64,000 nucleotides of DNA from Eledone cirrhosa (taxonomy: Eukaryota), in the NCBI GenBank assembly GCA_964016885.1, contig OZ024743.1, positions 58,156,001 through 58,220,000 of the forward strand, given 5' to 3'. Shown here one piece after another: positions 12,256 to 27,482 of this stretch (position 1 is the first letter of the stretch; every line of letters starts with the position of its first letter). Position numbers and translations under genes: made by a program. The notes below the pieces were generated by a model. That model made no database searches. It had not been told where the DNA came from and was given only the letters and a program-made list of their open reading frames with translations.

Positions 12256-14008
12256 GTACATATATGCTGTTATTTATGCATTTGTATGTGCGGGCGTATT
12301 ATGTACTTGTGTATGTATATATATATATGTGTGTATGTATATATATATATATATATATATACATATGAATATGTATGTACAATTTAAGTTCACGTCCAAC
12401 TCAGTTTCCACAGCGATCATATCACTGATCTGATATCATTCTTTAATTAAACCCAGCCAAAGTAGAAGTCAATGTCACTGTTTGATTATTCATATATTCC
12501 GTATCACGATTTCGCCATGCATGCGTCCATTTTTATTTTCCACTCACTTCACTCACTATTCTCTGTTAAAATACATTCTATAATTGAGTCGTTCTAGAAG
12601 GACCAATGAAAGCATTCCGTTCCACGCAATAAGCTCCAGTAATCACTGAAGCAGATGTAACCGTAAAGATGTGTGTTTGTGTAATGTAAACACGTGTGCT
12701 GGCATATATTTACTCAAACAGTCTTTCTATTGATTACCTAAGTTGGCAGGTATCTAACCGCGAGGTAAGGTTACTAAAATCACAGAACGGAGACTGCAAA
12801 TGACATTTTCCTAACATTGAAACATATTTGCATGAATAAGACATTTTTTATTTATTATATATATTGTATTTAATTAAAATTTATGATTAATATTTCTGTG
12901 AGCAAATTTCAATAATCACGAAATCAGAATTTTCCTATTATTTCTCAAAGGGTGACATTTTGATTTAGTAATTTCCTTCATTTTGTTCACGACATGTTTC
13001 GCACCATTTAGTTGCAAAATTTTGATGAAAACCTTCCAGCCGTGACAAACACTTTATATTTTCCTAAGCTAACTTTATAATGAATTTCACTATCCGAAGT
13101 GACCTTCAAATTCTTAACCCTTTAGCATTTAATTTATTCTATATTTACTATCGTATTTTCACAATAAATGCTTTATCTTACATAATTATCTCACATAATA
13201 TCGATTTCATAAGATTTTGATGTTATTTATTTTGCGAACAATACCTTAATGAAGGTATGAGCGTCCAGTTACAGCCGCTTTGAACAGAAAGAGGTGAGAG
13301 AATTCTGGTCGGATACGGCCAGTTAAAATACTAAAGCCGCTAGAATGGGATTTAAGAAAGATGTCCGCCTAAATAATTTCAGTGCAAAGGATTTTGTCGA
13401 CACAAGGCTGTGGTAAATGATATCTTGGGCGAACCACCTGTTGTATATAAGTAGAAATAAGTTACATTCAGAGACAGTTATACATAACAACATATGAACT
13501 TTCTGATTATGGTAAGGTCAGGCTTCTGCCTGCTAATGGTACAATGTAAACCAGTACAACCTACTTCATTTTTGAGGGACATGCGTCTAAACCTTCTCCC
13601 CTACGAGACCCTGGTCTAGTGAGGAAGGTAAGTGGAACCTCAGTTGCTCTCTTACACACGCGCACACATACACAACAAAACAATAGCTGTACAAATGATG
13701 GATGAACTCTTCAGAATCAACGTTCACCCACTCCAACTATGGATTAAATAGCCTCACCAACCCGCAATTGGCTTAGCGTGGTCAGTACGGCTACACCTCT
13801 GACATCAACCAAAACAAAATAAAAAGGCGTTCTTCCAACAGGAGTGAGAAGGCCATGTATGTTGTTGTAGCATAGTCTCGTATTTGCCTCGATCGATCAG
13901 ACCTATGTTTCTACCAACGGATTACATTAAAAGTACATATATCTGTGTAATGTCCCGTTGTATCATCAACTGGGTCAATCACTAATATATTACTGGTATT
14001 ATTTTCTA

Positions 14009-14108
14009 GCCGAGGTTAACTTTGCCTTTCATCCTTACGGAGTCGATAAAATAAAGTACCAGTAATGTACTGAATAATTGCTGGCCTTGTGCCCAAAAGT
14101 AGAAACAA
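14009..14108 (+). mobile_element. 5'-truncated SINE (similar truncated copies at 15380-15505, 27761-27850, 40012-40113, 52650-52737, 54879-54980 and 57408-57510)
   Basis: Core plus 3' tail ttgctggccttgtgcc..agtagaaacaa. Several copies have clear TSDs, e.g. attatatgtgtgccc around 54879-54980. Confidence 0.85.
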
Positions 14109-16184
14109 ATTATTTTCTATCGGACTATTGAAATACAAAGTTTTTCCGAGTGGAGCTTGAAACCCGAACATTGTGGTAGTAAAATATAAACCATAACTCA
14201 ATTATTTTACCCTTCTTCAACATTGAAAAATACCTCGAGCGGTTACAATATCTGGATTTTTTTTCTTTCCTTTCTCTCGAAAACCATTGAAATATAATTA
14301 TCCTTGTTTTAACGTTTAGCTCTTCTACCAAAATATTACATTTTTCTCTTTGAAATACTTCATTTTCACTTCTTGGTAAATCTCTTATTCTATATGAATA
14401 AGAGAGTATTGAAGTTTGCTTGAAGCATTGTGGAACAATAACATTTTTTTTGTCGTTTTGGAAGCCTCAACAATGCAGATGGGTAAATCTCCGGGTAACA
14501 GAATCCGGTGGTGAAGAGAGAGATGTAAGGGAGTGTAGAATGAGATGTATAGTGTGTAGAGGAACGTAGGAAAGAGCGTAAACAATAAAAATAATAAAAC
14601 GAGATAGAGTTACCTTGGGCGAGATTTAATTGTCCCTATATTTCGGATTCGCATCCATCAACTGGGGGGGGGGGTGTTCCGGGGGCGGAGAGTTATCTGT
14701 CGGAGAGGAACGATACCTGGCCTCTGTTGTCCGCAGTAAGTATTTTATTAATTCCTAAAGAATATCTATTTGATATTTTTCGTATATATATTTTCATCTG
14801 AGTGAAATTTTACATACTCTCAATATGTCCTTTATTATTTTCTATATATATTTTAAACTCTTTGTATATAAGTAACTTCATGTAAACCGCCAATTTCTCA
14901 CAGCAAGCACTGTATTATTTGTTATACATCTATTTAATCTTGTGTGTATATATTTGAATTCTCAGTAAACCATATCATCGTCGTGATAAGCCATCCCAGC
15001 GTTATATGAATCCATGACTGGATCCTTGAGCTTTCAGCTATTTCGGGCCCCCCAGTGGTTTTTCATTCTCTTACCCTGCTACAGCAAAAAGAACAAAAAA
15101 TCACAGGCCCTTACGGAGCTCCTAGACATGGGCGTATCCAGCCACATGAATAATACATTCATGAGTTCGTTAATTTTCTATATCTATTTGATTGACAATC
15201 TATGTATATATCTAACTAACAGTAAATAATTTGTTATCAGTATACCCTCCCCTACTCTCAGAATATTATTTTCACATTATTGTATCTATTTAACGTACAG
15301 ATGGTCTTCCTTTTAAAAATAAAAGGTGAAGGGCACTTAAGTAAAAGGGCGTCATCTTCACAGACGGTGTGTCTGGACACGAGGTTAACTTTGCCTTTCA
15401 TCCTTACAGGGTCGCTAAAATAAAGTACTAGCCATGCACAGGTGTCGATTTAATCGAATTAATCTTCGCCCTAAATTCCTGGCCTTGTGCCTAAATCAGA
15501 AATCATTATAAACCTGGCACAACCGATTCCCGTGCAGTTCCAAACAGTCGATTTCTTCCTCACATAGAGAAACAAAGAAAGAATCGATTAGCGTATTGAA
15601 TGGGGGACTTTATATGATGATCTCCAAAGGACGAAAAGCAAAGTTGATCTCGGCGAGATTTGAACCCAGAACACAGACTGGCGGATCGAATGCCGTGGCA
15701 TATTTAATCAGTTGCCATAGCGATTCTATCAATTCACCGTCTATACGTACATTCACATAATTTCTATATAAGGTTGTTTTTTTTACGTCCCGTGCTTCTA
15801 TTTAACTCAATGTATATTATCCCTAAATTTTCTTAGTATTATGTTTTACTCACAGACTAACCTTCTTAGTTCCTCTGTCTTTTTTTAGTTTATGTATATC
15901 TATTCAACTCACAGAATATCCATCTTACTGTATATATATATTGTTTTTTTTTGTTAATCTGCGTACCAATTTACATTGCTGTAAATCTTATTTTCTCTAA
16001 ATTATATTCTTAAATTATTTTCGGAATCTATTAATTTTTTTTTCTTTCTTATGCCTTAACTAAGCTTCTTGATCTATTTTCTTTTTCTAATATATATATA
16101 TATATGTGTGTTTTTGCGAGTGTGTGCTCCTGTATATATATATATAGAGAGAGAGAGAGGGGACAGAGAGAAAGTTCAGCTAAG

Positions 16185-16267
<83 letters not shown>

Positions 16268-16270
16268 GTA

Positions 16271-16343
<73 letters not shown>

Positions 16344-16635
16344 CTGTTAAAATTACCTTTACAGCCATCACATGTCTGCGATTGTTTTCGATTTTACGAC
16401 ATTTTTTCAATGTTTATCGATTCGAATTAGAAAGAGAGAGATTCCTATTATATAAAGTAGTGTATCATCCTGAAATTAATTAAATATGTGATGTCCTCAT
16501 CATCATTTACTATTGCAATGTCGCTATTGAAACTGTCCTCTAGGTTATATGCAAACGGTCTATTGTGCGTCTCGGTATTGAGCAACATAATGAAATTTAC
16601 CAATCTAAATATGTACGATGGATGGAATACATCCT

Positions 16636-16949
<314 letters not shown>

Positions 16950-17005
<56 letters not shown>

Positions 17006-17478
17006 TATATATATATATATATATATATGTTTATATATATATATATATATATATACATATATACATATATATGTTTATATATATATATATATACATATAT
17101 ACATATATATGTTTATATATATATATATACATATATACATATATATGTTTATATATATATATATATATATACATATATATGTTTATATATATATATATAC
17201 ATATATATCTTTATATATATATATACATATATATGTTTATATATATATATATATATATACATATATATGTTTATATATATATATATACATATATATGTTT
17301 ATATATATATATATATATACATATATATGTTTATATATATATATACATATATATGTTTATATATATATATATACATATATATGTTTATATATATATATAT
17401 ACATATATATGTTTATATATATATATACATATATATGTTTATATATATATATATGTATGTATATATATATATATATAT
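16950..17478. repeat. compound TA minisatellite (tatgttta(ta)n ca(ta)n units)
   Basis: Read directly from the sequence. Confidence 0.95.
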
Positions 17479-17860
17479 GGAGAGATGACCCCTTAGCCTT
17501 TATCAAGGCAGAATTCTAGGAGAAGGAAAACTCTGATATAACACCTGCAACCCTGATGGTATCCAATGATGTTGACTTGTTCTTCTTTTTGGTAGATATC
17601 ATCTTTGTTAAGAGAGTGGGACTGGCTTTGTGCAGTGCCTTTGCTCACTATAAAAGCTTCACGACACAGGCATTACTTTATATCTGGAGATCTCTCTGCA
17701 CTTGTCGTCACATGGTACCATGGGCCCAGCACTATGTGTCAATAATTGTCGCAAGTGTAGTGTTTGTACCTAAAAAGTCACACTTGTTCAGCGCATCGGT
17801 AGGGGTTCTCCTACATGGATATAAAGTAGTGGCCGTACTCGAAAACGAGTTGGCACCCAC
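17479..17860 (+). mobile_element. probable decayed RTE 5'UTR region
   Basis: ctaggagaaggaaaactctga resembles a motif common in RTE 5'UTRs; no ORF was recovered. Confidence 0.3.
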
Positions 17861-17870
17861 CATGTATGTG

Positions 17871-17901
<31 letters not shown>

Positions 17902-18012
17902 ATATATATGTATGTATGTATATATATATGTATGTATGTAGATATATATATATATATGTATATATATATGTCTATATATATATATGTATGTATGTAGATA
18001 TATATATATATG

Positions 18013-18051
<39 letters not shown>

Positions 18052-18163
18052 ATATATATATGTAGTATATATATCTATATCTATGTATATGTATATATAT
18101 CTATCTATCTATGTATATATATATATATATATATCTATATCTATGTATATGTATATATATATC

Positions 18164-18262
<99 letters not shown>

Positions 18263-18263
18263 G

Positions 18264-18295
<32 letters not shown>

Positions 18296-18301
18296 TCTAT
18301 G

Positions 18302-18401
<100 letters not shown>

Positions 18402-18603
18402 AATATATATATATATGTATGAATATATATATATATGTATGAATATATATATATATATATATATGAATATATATATATATGTATGAATATATATATATAT
18501 ATATATGTATGAATATATATATATATGTATGAATATATATATATATATATGTATGAATATATATATATATATATATATGAATATATATATATATCTATGT
18601 ATG

Positions 18604-18679
<76 letters not shown>

Positions 18680-18681
<2 letters not shown>

Positions 18682-20098
18682 ACTTTGAATAACTTTGAAA
18701 TGTTTTGGCCAGTATTGGCCCAGGCCATGTCTAACTTAATAGCACCACCTGGCGAAATCTTTCAATTCAGGATTTGGGCACCATGGCCCATTCGAGAAGA
18801 GAATTACTGTTTGCGGAGACATATCCGGGTGTGGGTGGTTTGTCCGGGATTACTTGGAGGAATTTGTCCAAAGACTTCTTGAATTTTGTGTGGTCAGTTT
18901 CTGTTTTGACGTGTCCTGGTGTGATGTTGAAGAGAGCAGGGCCGAATGAGGTGAAATAATTGTGCCGTATTGTTGTTATGAGTTGCGATTTAGATTTTTG
19001 AATGGGACGGATAGCACGGGGCCCAAGCCTTGGGTGTATCTTGAAGGCGATGCCAACATCATTTGGGCAGTGATGATGGAACATTTTCCACATCATGCAG
19101 ATAATATAACGCTCGCGGCGACGTTGGAGTGAGTAAAGTTTCAGGTTTTCTAGTCGACCCCAGTAGTCAAGGTCTGACATGCCATCTATCTTTTTCGTGA
19201 TTGCCCTTTGAGGAGCTTCAAGTTTCATGATGCTTTGTTTCGTGTGGGGAGACCACAGTGGACAACAGTATTCAAGGTGTGGTCGGGCAAAAGTAGAGAA
19301 GAGAAGGATAATGGTGTGGGAATCTCTCGACTGGAAGGTTCTGAGGATCCAGGAACACATTCTGCGGGCCATGTCTACTTTGCTGCTTATATGCGTGGCC
19401 CAGCTTATGTTGCTGTCCACGGTTACTCCCAAGTCTCTGATGTTGTTAGATGCCACGAGAGTTTCCCCGGAGGGAAGGGAGTACGGGAGTTTCAGAGCAT
19501 CCTCTTTTACAAAGTGGATCAGTTCGAATTTGTCTTCGTTCAGTAATATGTTGTTCTTTTCCGCCCATTGGGTAACAGCCAGTAGGTCTGACTGAAGGCT
19601 TATCCGGTCATCCACGCCATTGATGACCTTTTGGAGCTTGGAATCATCAGCGAAAATTTTAATGTTGCTGTGTTTGATGATGTCAGTGATGTCATTAATA
19701 TAGATGATGAAGAGAAGTGGGCCCAACACAGTGCCTTGTGGGACCCCACTACTGACTTTGGCTGGGCTGGATTTGACTCCTTCAACTACAACATGTTGGG
19801 TTCTATTTGACAGGAAGCTCTTGATCCACTGCAGCAGCTTTCCAGTGACACCAATATTGGACAGCTTTCTCAGTAGAATGTTATGATCAACCCTGTCAAA
19901 GGCCTTGCTGAAATCAAGGTAGATAACATCAGTGTTGGAACCCTCTCCCAAGGCTCTCAAAATGTCATCAAAGTGGTGCAGTAGTTGCGTCGGGCAATCC
20001 CTTCCATTACGGAATCCATGCTGGTTGGAGTTCAGCATATTGTTACTCTCAAGGAAGTGGGTCATTCGCGATCTCACCACTCTCTCAAATACCTTAAT
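18680..20098 (-). mobile_element. 5'-truncated CR1/L2-group LINE inserted in (TA)n
   Basis: RT ORF followed by a short 3'UTR with a hairpin and a tandem ttcaaagtta terminus. Confidence 0.9.
18767..20080 (-). CDS. reverse transcriptase and C-terminal region of a CR1-group LINE (N-terminally truncated)
   Basis: [53 protein letters not shown] and [11 protein letters not shown] motifs. Confidence 0.9.
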   Translation of the reverse strand: MVRSRMTHFLESNNMLNSNQHGFRNGRDCPTQLLHHFDDILRALGEGSNTDVIYLDFSKAFDRVDHNILLRKLSNIGVTGKLLQWIKSFLSNRTQHVVVEGVKSSPAKVSSGVPQGTVLGPLLFIIYINDITDIIKHSNIKIFADDSKLQKVINGVDDRISLQSDLLAVTQWAEKNNILLNEDKFELIHFVKEDALKLPYSLPSGETLVASNNIRDLGVTVDSNISWATHISSKVDMARRMCSWILRTFQSRDSHTIILLFSTFARPHLEYCCPLWSPHTKQSIMKLEAPQRAITKKIDGMSDLDYWGRLENLKLYSLQRRRERYIICMMWKMFHHHCPNDVGIAFKIHPRLGPRAIRPIQKSKSQLITTIRHNYFTSFGPALFNITPGHVKTETDHTKFKKSLDKFLQVIPDKPPTPGYVSANSNSLLEWAMVPKS

Positions 20099-20099
20099 G

Positions 20100-20132
<33 letters not shown>

Positions 20133-20161
20133 TGTATGAATATATATATATATCTATGTAT

Positions 20162-20203
<42 letters not shown>

Positions 20204-20430
20204 GTATGAATATATATATATATCTATGTATGTATATATATATATCTATGTATATATATGTGTTGACAGCAACTGAGAAGAGATATATTTATGGGTTGAT
20301 AAGGTACTTACAAACATTAGTGTGGTATAGAAGTAAGAAGGCTAGAATGTACTTAATGATTGTATTTCTGTGGTCGTTCGTGCAGTATAGTGGGTATCCT
20401 AAGTTGAAAGCTAAGTTATGTCGGTTCGAT

Positions 20431-21093
20431 TCACGGAGGCTTAAATCTTGCGAATTTAGTGGCGATCGTGTGTCTGCAGAAGATTGATCTTTCTAACATG
20501 TTGTTGAGTAGCCTTTTTACATTTCTAAGGATATATAGTAATTCTAGATCACATAGCCTACAGTGGGACATACCGGTACTGTAGGTCTTAGCAGCCGACA
20601 ACCTCGACCAGTTGATACTGTAGTTGGTGTTATTGTCCTTAAGTTCCCAGATTTTTTTGGCGAGGGTTGCAGAACCCATAAGTGCACGATTTTTCATCGA
20701 GTGTCTGTGCACATACCATCTTTTTTTAAAAGTACCCGCGGTGGATCCAATGTAATGCCAAGTGGAGTTGTCTGAGTTGAGCGTACACATGTACACTAGG
20801 ATCGAATCAAGCCATCTATTCGCCAATGGGCACCTATCCGGTAGGTGACAGTTACAGTTTGAGGTGTTATTTCGTGCAGCTTCCACACTGCTGTTTATTA
20901 CACTGCTATAAGTGGGTTGTGATTCATGCTCGTTGGGGTTTTGCTGCTGCGTGCTTGTATGCGCTTGCAGTTGTGATACTGTGATGTGTTTATGTTTATA
21001 ATTTGGTGCTATGCTGCGCATAGGTAGGGCGGATTCCCTAGAGGTATTTCTATGGTTGATCACGTGAATGTTAAAAATTGATGATGGGTACAT
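20431..21093 (-). pseudogene. GIY-YIG endonuclease remnant of a Penelope-like element (Hydra-clade-type motifs)
   Basis: CNCHLPDRC (CxCx5C), LVY...YIGST..FKKR...H, IWELK, W, CRLC, LLN and CRH motifs. Confidence 0.8.
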
Positions 21094-21754
21094 ACATATT
21101 TGTACACAAGTATTCCCATACGGCAGGGCCTAATGGATTCCCTTTGCAGTACGTACAATCTGGACACTCACACACACCTTGGTGTTATGACAATACTATA
21201 CATCATTTCACCTCTTTTATTATTAATGTTTTTGATGTTCTTTTAAGAGAATCGTTTTTGCAAACTACTGAAAATATCGATGTACACCATTTTTACCAGT
21301 ATCACAAAAATACTGGCCCATCACCCCCCCCCCCCACACACACACACACATACACACGCGTACACTAACATACAAACAGACATACACACACACACACACA
21401 CTTCTCCGTATAAGACAAGAGTTGAAAAATATCTTTCAACATGTTAAAATATCCCCCACACACGTACACACACATTCCTACTGACCGATTTTATTCCCTC
21501 TACCACGAACCACTCTGCTACACACACACACACACACATATTTGTCTTAATAGACACCTGAACTGTTGTCCTTTGAACATGACTGCAACTCACACACACA
21601 TTCCTACTGACCATTATCACAACGATGAACCTCTTTACTACACACACACACACACACACACACACATATTTGTCTTAGACATATTTTTCAGTGACTTCTC
21701 AACATGACTGCAACTCAATCAGGCGAAAAGGGACACTCTTCGGCAAACCTACAT

Positions 21755-22137
21755 TTGCGCAAAATCAATTTTTAACATTCACCTGACCTCTACTGACCGA
21801 TCAAAATTTTTTTGACTACAATAATTTTTGCAAAACGAATTGGCGCGAAATTTATAGTACTTATTCACGTGACAAACAACAACCAACCAAATCTTAATAC
21901 CTCTGGAGCCACTTTTTTCACATAAAACAGGAATAATTTCCAAAACTGATCAGATTAGAGCAAACATCACGAGCGCTCTATCTCAAAATTATTTTTGAAA
22001 AGCATTAGAAATGCGCAACCGGTAAAAACTTAAAACTAAAACTGAATACTAACCAATACTTATTACTAATTTATACTTACTCCTAATTAAACTATTTTTC
22101 ACTGGGAAAACATTGTCAGAATTTTCTTTTCCTTTTA

Positions 22138-22140
<3 letters not shown>
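21755..22140. repeat. dispersed unclassified repeat end abutting (TA)n; inverted copy at 38532-38850
   Basis: aatgcgcaaccggtaaaa...cactggga...gtcag...ttccttttac matches the reverse complement at 38532-38850. Confidence 0.7.
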
Positions 22141-22191
<51 letters not shown>

Positions 22192-22204
22192 CATTTCAAA
22201 TGTA

Positions 22205-22665
22205 ATCATGTAGTGAATATTACCATCTTATGCAAACAAGCCTCATTTTTAAAGCCATGTCAGTAGAATAAGCACCTCATTCTTGCTCTTGTGTTGGCAT
22301 GTAAATAGAACTGCAGACACTGTTCACTGTTCATCTGTCAACTGTCAGTGCTAAAGAAAATAGTTGATATTTTCTAAAATATACAGTGACTGATCGGCCT
22401 GATTTGCATATTAGCCGACTGGTTGATCAGTCAGATCTGCATATTAGTAGATTCACTGATCAGCCAGTTGGCAGGTGAACAGTGAACTCTACTGATGACG
22501 GGTGATACCCAGAAACATTAGTGTCTGCAGTTCTGTTTACATGCCAAAACAAGAGCAATAATGAGGGGTTCATTCTACTGACATGGCTTTAACAATGAGG
22601 GTTATTTGCATAATTGCAAACGAATCGAATATTATTATTCGAAAAACTCAGATTACATTTATTGT
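22205..22665 (+). mobile_element. fold-back PLE-terminus element with octamer-containing subrepeats
   Basis: 22225-22320 is the reverse complement of 22520-22612. Same family as 58620-59105 and 4443-5275. Confidence 0.75.
22484..22533 (+). ncRNA. minimal type I hammerhead ribozyme
   Basis: gaactcta-CTGATGA-c-gggt(gat)accc-a-GAAA-cattagtg-TC/tgcagttc, with one stem I mismatch. Confidence 0.75.
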
Positions 22666-22741
22666 ATTCAGTCATGTAGAGCGAACATTTAAAAAAACTT
22701 ATATATATATATATATATATATATTTGTATATATACATATA

Positions 22742-22773
<32 letters not shown>

Positions 22774-22822
22774 CACATATTTGTGTATATACCTATATTT
22801 GTGTATATATACATATATTTAT

Positions 22823-22895
<73 letters not shown>

Positions 22896-22952
22896 TTTGT
22901 ATATATATATATGCGTGTGTATATTTGTACATACATATATGTATACATGTGT

Positions 22953-23084
<132 letters not shown>

Positions 23085-24061
23085 AAGGTTGACAGATGAA
23101 GAAGCTTAGGGCTAAGAAAGCAACAATAGTTAATAGTTGTATAGATTCTGTAAATACTTTAAGAAAATTATTTAGAGAAAATAATATTTACATCAATGTA
23201 AATTGGTACGCAGAATGCAATAAAAAAACAAAACAAAAAAAAAACATATATATACTGCAAGATGGATACTCTTTGAGTTAAATAGATAGATACATAGATA
23301 GATCGATACAGAGAAAGAGGACATAAATATCTTTAAAATGTCTGTCTCTGATTGAAAGAATCATTTCCTGTAATTTCAGCCATTTTAATTATCTGCACAC
23401 ACGCGTGTCTCCAGTAACTATTCAGGCTATTCACTGTTGAATGATCAACGTTTGACAGAAACTGTTTCAATCATTTGCAGGCAATTTTCGATACGTGATC
23501 TGTGAAGCAAATTGGACAATACTGAATAGTTATTGTGGAATATATTCCTATTTAATTCCAGGTCGATAGAATACATTTAAATACATTTGCGGAAGTATTC
23601 TCACGTTTATTGTATGAGAAGCCATGAGAAATGTGAAGCCATGTGCAGTCACGTGTTTTAGTGGTTATCGTGATGGTTACACGATCATAAAGTTGTGTAT
23701 TTGATTCTTGGAACTTTAGTTTATTTAGCTTTTCATGATAGCTCCGAGGTCACTATCGTTTGAAGACCTAAGAAATCTTCTAAGAAATGCAACTTCTAGG
23801 AGGGTAACAAAATTTCCATACTTGTGAATTGCAAATATCATTTTAAAGGTAGAGGAATTGGTGTGTACACGCTTTTGGAATCAATTAAAGTAGTCTGGTA
23901 ACTTAGAAAAGTGTGATTTACTGTTTTGACCAATGCTTTGTTAGTAGAAATTAAAAAGAATAAAAGGCCAAAAAGCAGCATTTGGCTCCAAAATTTCCTA
24001 GGAACTAGGACAGTCATTCAATAGCATTTGGACTATTTGTGTATGTCTCTCCCTCTCTCTC

Positions 24062-24136
<75 letters not shown>

Positions 24137-24166
24137 GAGAGAGAAAGTACAGTTTTCTGTACTTTA

Positions 24167-24204
<38 letters not shown>

Positions 24205-24285
24205 ACAGAAAACTGTACTTACAGTTTTCTGTGCTTGGGCATACTACATATTCTCTCTCCCCCCCCTCTCTCTCTCTCTCTCTGC

Positions 24286-24318
<33 letters not shown>

Positions 24319-24394
24319 ATATATATATATATATATATAGAGAGAATAAGTAAAAGCGAAGTAGTTTCAGATGTTCAAGTCCTTTAATAATAAT

Positions 24395-24468
24395 GCTGTG
24401 ATATATATTTCAATGACGACACTGGCCACACTGTTCTGTGTGCGAGTGTCGTGACATCATCAGACAGC
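24395..24468 (-). ncRNA. type I hammerhead ribozyme (mirror copy)
   Basis: Reverse complement of 24972-25045. Confidence 0.8.
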
Positions 24469-24971
24469 TTGTTACATAATAAGGTTGTTTCCGAGGCAAT
24501 CCAAATTGAATCGACATGGGAACGGATGAAGTTCGTGCTTTTAACCTTTAATTTTAATTTTTATTCCCAACTCTCACTCTTAACTTACTATGTAAAACCA
24601 TAGTACCTAGAATTTAGTTTATTTTACCTTATGAGTTGATGGTCAGTCTTACTGTCAACGCTTAGTGAAAGGTAGTATTATGACCTATAAAAACTAACAG
24701 TCTCCCATCCCCTCTGGCTTTCGGCTGACTGCCACAGTAGCGATGGGTAGCAGTAAATTTTGGCAAGGCATAGGTGGGCCACTGACAGCGAATTTCGTTG
24801 AAATCTGCGGTGCTAATGGTCAACTTCCTTCGGACATGCGCTTGCGCAGACCCGGTGGGGGTGAATTGGTACTCACAAGGGAACGGATGAAAAACCCAAA
24901 AGCACGAACTTCATCCGTTCCCACGTCGATTCAATTTGGATTGCCTCGGAAACAACCTTATTATGTAACAA

Positions 24972-25045
24972 GCTGTCTGATGATGTCACGACACTCGCAC
25001 ACAGAACAATGTGGCCAGTGTCGTCATTGAAATATATATCACAGC
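24972..25045 (+). ncRNA. type I hammerhead ribozyme with long stem II
   Basis: gctgt-CTGATGA-[acgacact...agtgtcgt stem]-GAAA-tatata-TC/acagc. Stem I is perfect and the stem III loop is palindromic. Confidence 0.85.
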
Positions 25046-25169
25046 ATTATTATTAAAGGACTTGAACATCTGAAACTACTTCGCTTTTTACTTATTCGAT
25101 ATTTACTCCGTCACTCCTATGTGGAAAAAGTACGTTGAGTGCTTGAATTGAATTGCATCAATGTTTACC

Positions 25170-25235
<66 letters not shown>

Positions 25236-25627
25236 AAGAGAGATACACGTACACACATAATCCAAATGTAACAAATAACTGAATCTACCAAAATGGAATG
25301 TTTTACTCATATGTAACTTTTTGATAAACAATATTTTTCGTACACCATAGAATAAAACAATATTTTACAGCAAACTGTAAGTTAGATGCTATAAAATTGC
25401 TTATGAAGTAGAGTAAACACCGTTCTAGAGAGAATAAGACGTTGCTAGCGCTAAGAACTTCATTTTCCGCCTTCAAGGATATTTATCGTATTTTACAAGC
25501 ATCTGGCTGTACTTACAATTCTTTTCTGCGGCCTGAGCACAATATAGTTTCTGTAAACTTTATTCTCTCTGCGATTCGTAAGTTCGAAACTTCTAGCTTC
25601 GCATACTATTATATATATATATATATA

Positions 25628-25855
25628 TATTATAATAAAATAATAGGAGGTTGGACTTGTGTAAATCCCTCAAGGATTTACACAAGTCCAGCCTCCTGTT
25701 ATTTTATTATAATATTTAACTCCGTACTCGCACCACCAACTACACAAACGAAGACGGTTGAGCTGCTTTACGTTGAGTACTCTCCATATTATTACATCAA
25801 GATTGACCATACGGAATGACTAGCTCTATCAGTGGTGAACCTTCAAACCTAAATA
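25628..25855 (+). mobile_element. palindromic PLE-terminus fragment related to 45960-46125
   Basis: Palindrome 25628-25715. caaggatttacac.agtccagcctcctgt is shared with the reverse complement of 45961-46003. Confidence 0.65.
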
Positions 25856-26779
25856 TAGATATATATATATATGCACCACCACCCCACTCTCAAGAGCGTA
25901 AACCTAATAAACCTTTATTTGTCTGCCTCTCTGTTTTGTTCCCGTCTAAATTTGCACTATATATATATATATATATATTAGGTATAGGATTATCCAAGAT
26001 GTAGTGATGGTTAATTACTACACTGGATATGGTTGACGTACGGTAAGAGGTTACTCTACGAGTTATGGAAGAATTGTTCAAGAACTTAGTTCCTGGTCCT
26101 TCAGTATTCCGGAGTGTATATAAAGAATGAATAATAACAGGTAGACATCATAAAAAGGTAATTTATTCCGTGTGCTTACAAGTGTTTCCACGGTGGTACT
26201 GCAGCCTAGTTCCGCTACGTGCAAATTCACAAGTATTTGCAGAACTCGAATATCCAATGCTGTGACCACTGTTTCCTCAGAGCAGAATGGTAAATGTACA
26301 ATGTAAAAACCCCTTAAGTGGGGTTGTTGGGGAAGATAGAGTGGAACAGGAAGAGAGAAAAGTAGGGAAGAAGGAGAGAGAAGGAAAGATATGCAGGGGT
26401 TGGAGAAGTAGGAGAGAGTGGCTTGTAGATATCTTAATCAAAATGTTATGGTAGGGGTTTTATTAGTTACTTTTGGAGAGATGCGTAGATAGTTGAGGTC
26501 GGAATTATTTATTGCCCCAGAGGGCAGGTTCATAGATGTTTAGAGGGAGGTAGGTCAAAGGTGAGAGAGAGAGAGTGTAATGGATGTAGAGAGAGATATA
26601 TAGGTAGAGAGGGGACAGATAAAGTATATGTGGTGAGTGAACTTTTGGTTATCTAGGAATTGTACTGAAGTTACCATGTATAGTGATAAGCAGTGTATTG
26701 TCTTGTAGTGGGGGGGGGGGGGGGGGGCGGAGAGAAGGTTGTTAGCTAGAAAGTGGTGTTGTAGTTACGGGTTCGAATG

Positions 26780-27022
26780 TTAAGTTATTTTATAGTGAGA
26801 GAATTTAGCTTTTAGTTTGTGGTTGCAGTATAATGATCGTTCAATTCTATCGTTAAGTAGTTTGTTTTTGGATTTTAGTATGTAAAATAGCTCAAGGTTA
26901 CATAACCTGCAGTATTTCGATCCACTCCGATATGCATTTGCGCTGGAAAGTATATCCCATTTTAAGGTGAACTGTTGGTTTTGTTCACGGAGTTGCCAGG
27001 TCTTGTTGGCGAGCGTGGTCAC
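26780..27022 (-). pseudogene. C-terminal GIY-YIG remnant of a second Hydra-type PLE, followed by its probable 3'UTR (~25980-26780)
   Basis: TTLANKTWQLRE...KWDILSSANAYRSGSKYCRLCNLELFYIL...LLNDRIERSLYCNHKLK is homologous to the 20431-21093 product. Confidence 0.8.
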
Positions 27023-27051
27023 AAAACGGTGATTCGGATGTTTGATTGAGA

Positions 27052-27110
<59 letters not shown>

Positions 27111-27114
<4 letters not shown>

Positions 27115-27303
27115 TTAATCTAGATGAGATTCTACAGGACTAGAACTGTTTCATTCTTTAGAAATCATCAGGAATCCTGATGATTTCTAAAGAATGAAAC
27201 AGTTCTAGTCCTGTAGAATCTCATCTATATTAAAACTTTTATACTCTGCAATGTATTGAGTACCTTACTTACTGTGGTTACCTCCGATTCAACCCGGAAT
27301 AAC

Positions 27304-27304
<1 letters not shown>
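27111..27304. mobile_element. palindromic double-hammerhead element in (TA)n
   Basis: Palindrome 27111-27238 centred at ggaatcc, followed by a unique tail. Same family as 40126-40309. Confidence 0.8.
27128..27176 (-). ncRNA. type I hammerhead ribozyme (the mirror + strand copy 27172-27220 has a stem I mismatch)
   Basis: gattc-CTGATGA-t-ttct(aa)agaa-t-GAAA-cag(ttctagtc)ctg-TA/gaatc. Confidence 0.8.
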
Positions 27305-27339
<35 letters not shown>

Positions 27340-27482
27340 TGTGTGTGTGTATTTTTAAATATAACACTTAAAATGTCATATGGATCTTTAATACTTGGTT
27401 TTTGTTTCTACTTCATATTAAGATAATGTTTATGGACCCTCTTCTTGATCCAATAGATTGCTTTGTGTTGCGGATTAGAAAG

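Larger units (their letters stand above)
24345..25172. mobile_element. inverted-repeat PLE-terminus element: ~200-bp arms (24345-24542 and 24898-25097), ~355-bp spacer
   Basis: The arms are near-perfect reverse complements, each holds a hammerhead, and microsatellites flank the element. Confidence 0.8.

Noticed and set aside
26258-26286. CTGAGGAAAC on the - strand as a hammerhead in the Hydra-type 3' region
   Set aside because: There is no stem II and stems I and III are poor; at best a deleted remnant.
27402-27482. In-frame N-terminal extension of the decarboxylase, and read-through to 27791
   Set aside because: Homology starts at ATG 27483, a likely acceptor (caatag) lies at 27456, and sequence after 27683 is intron.
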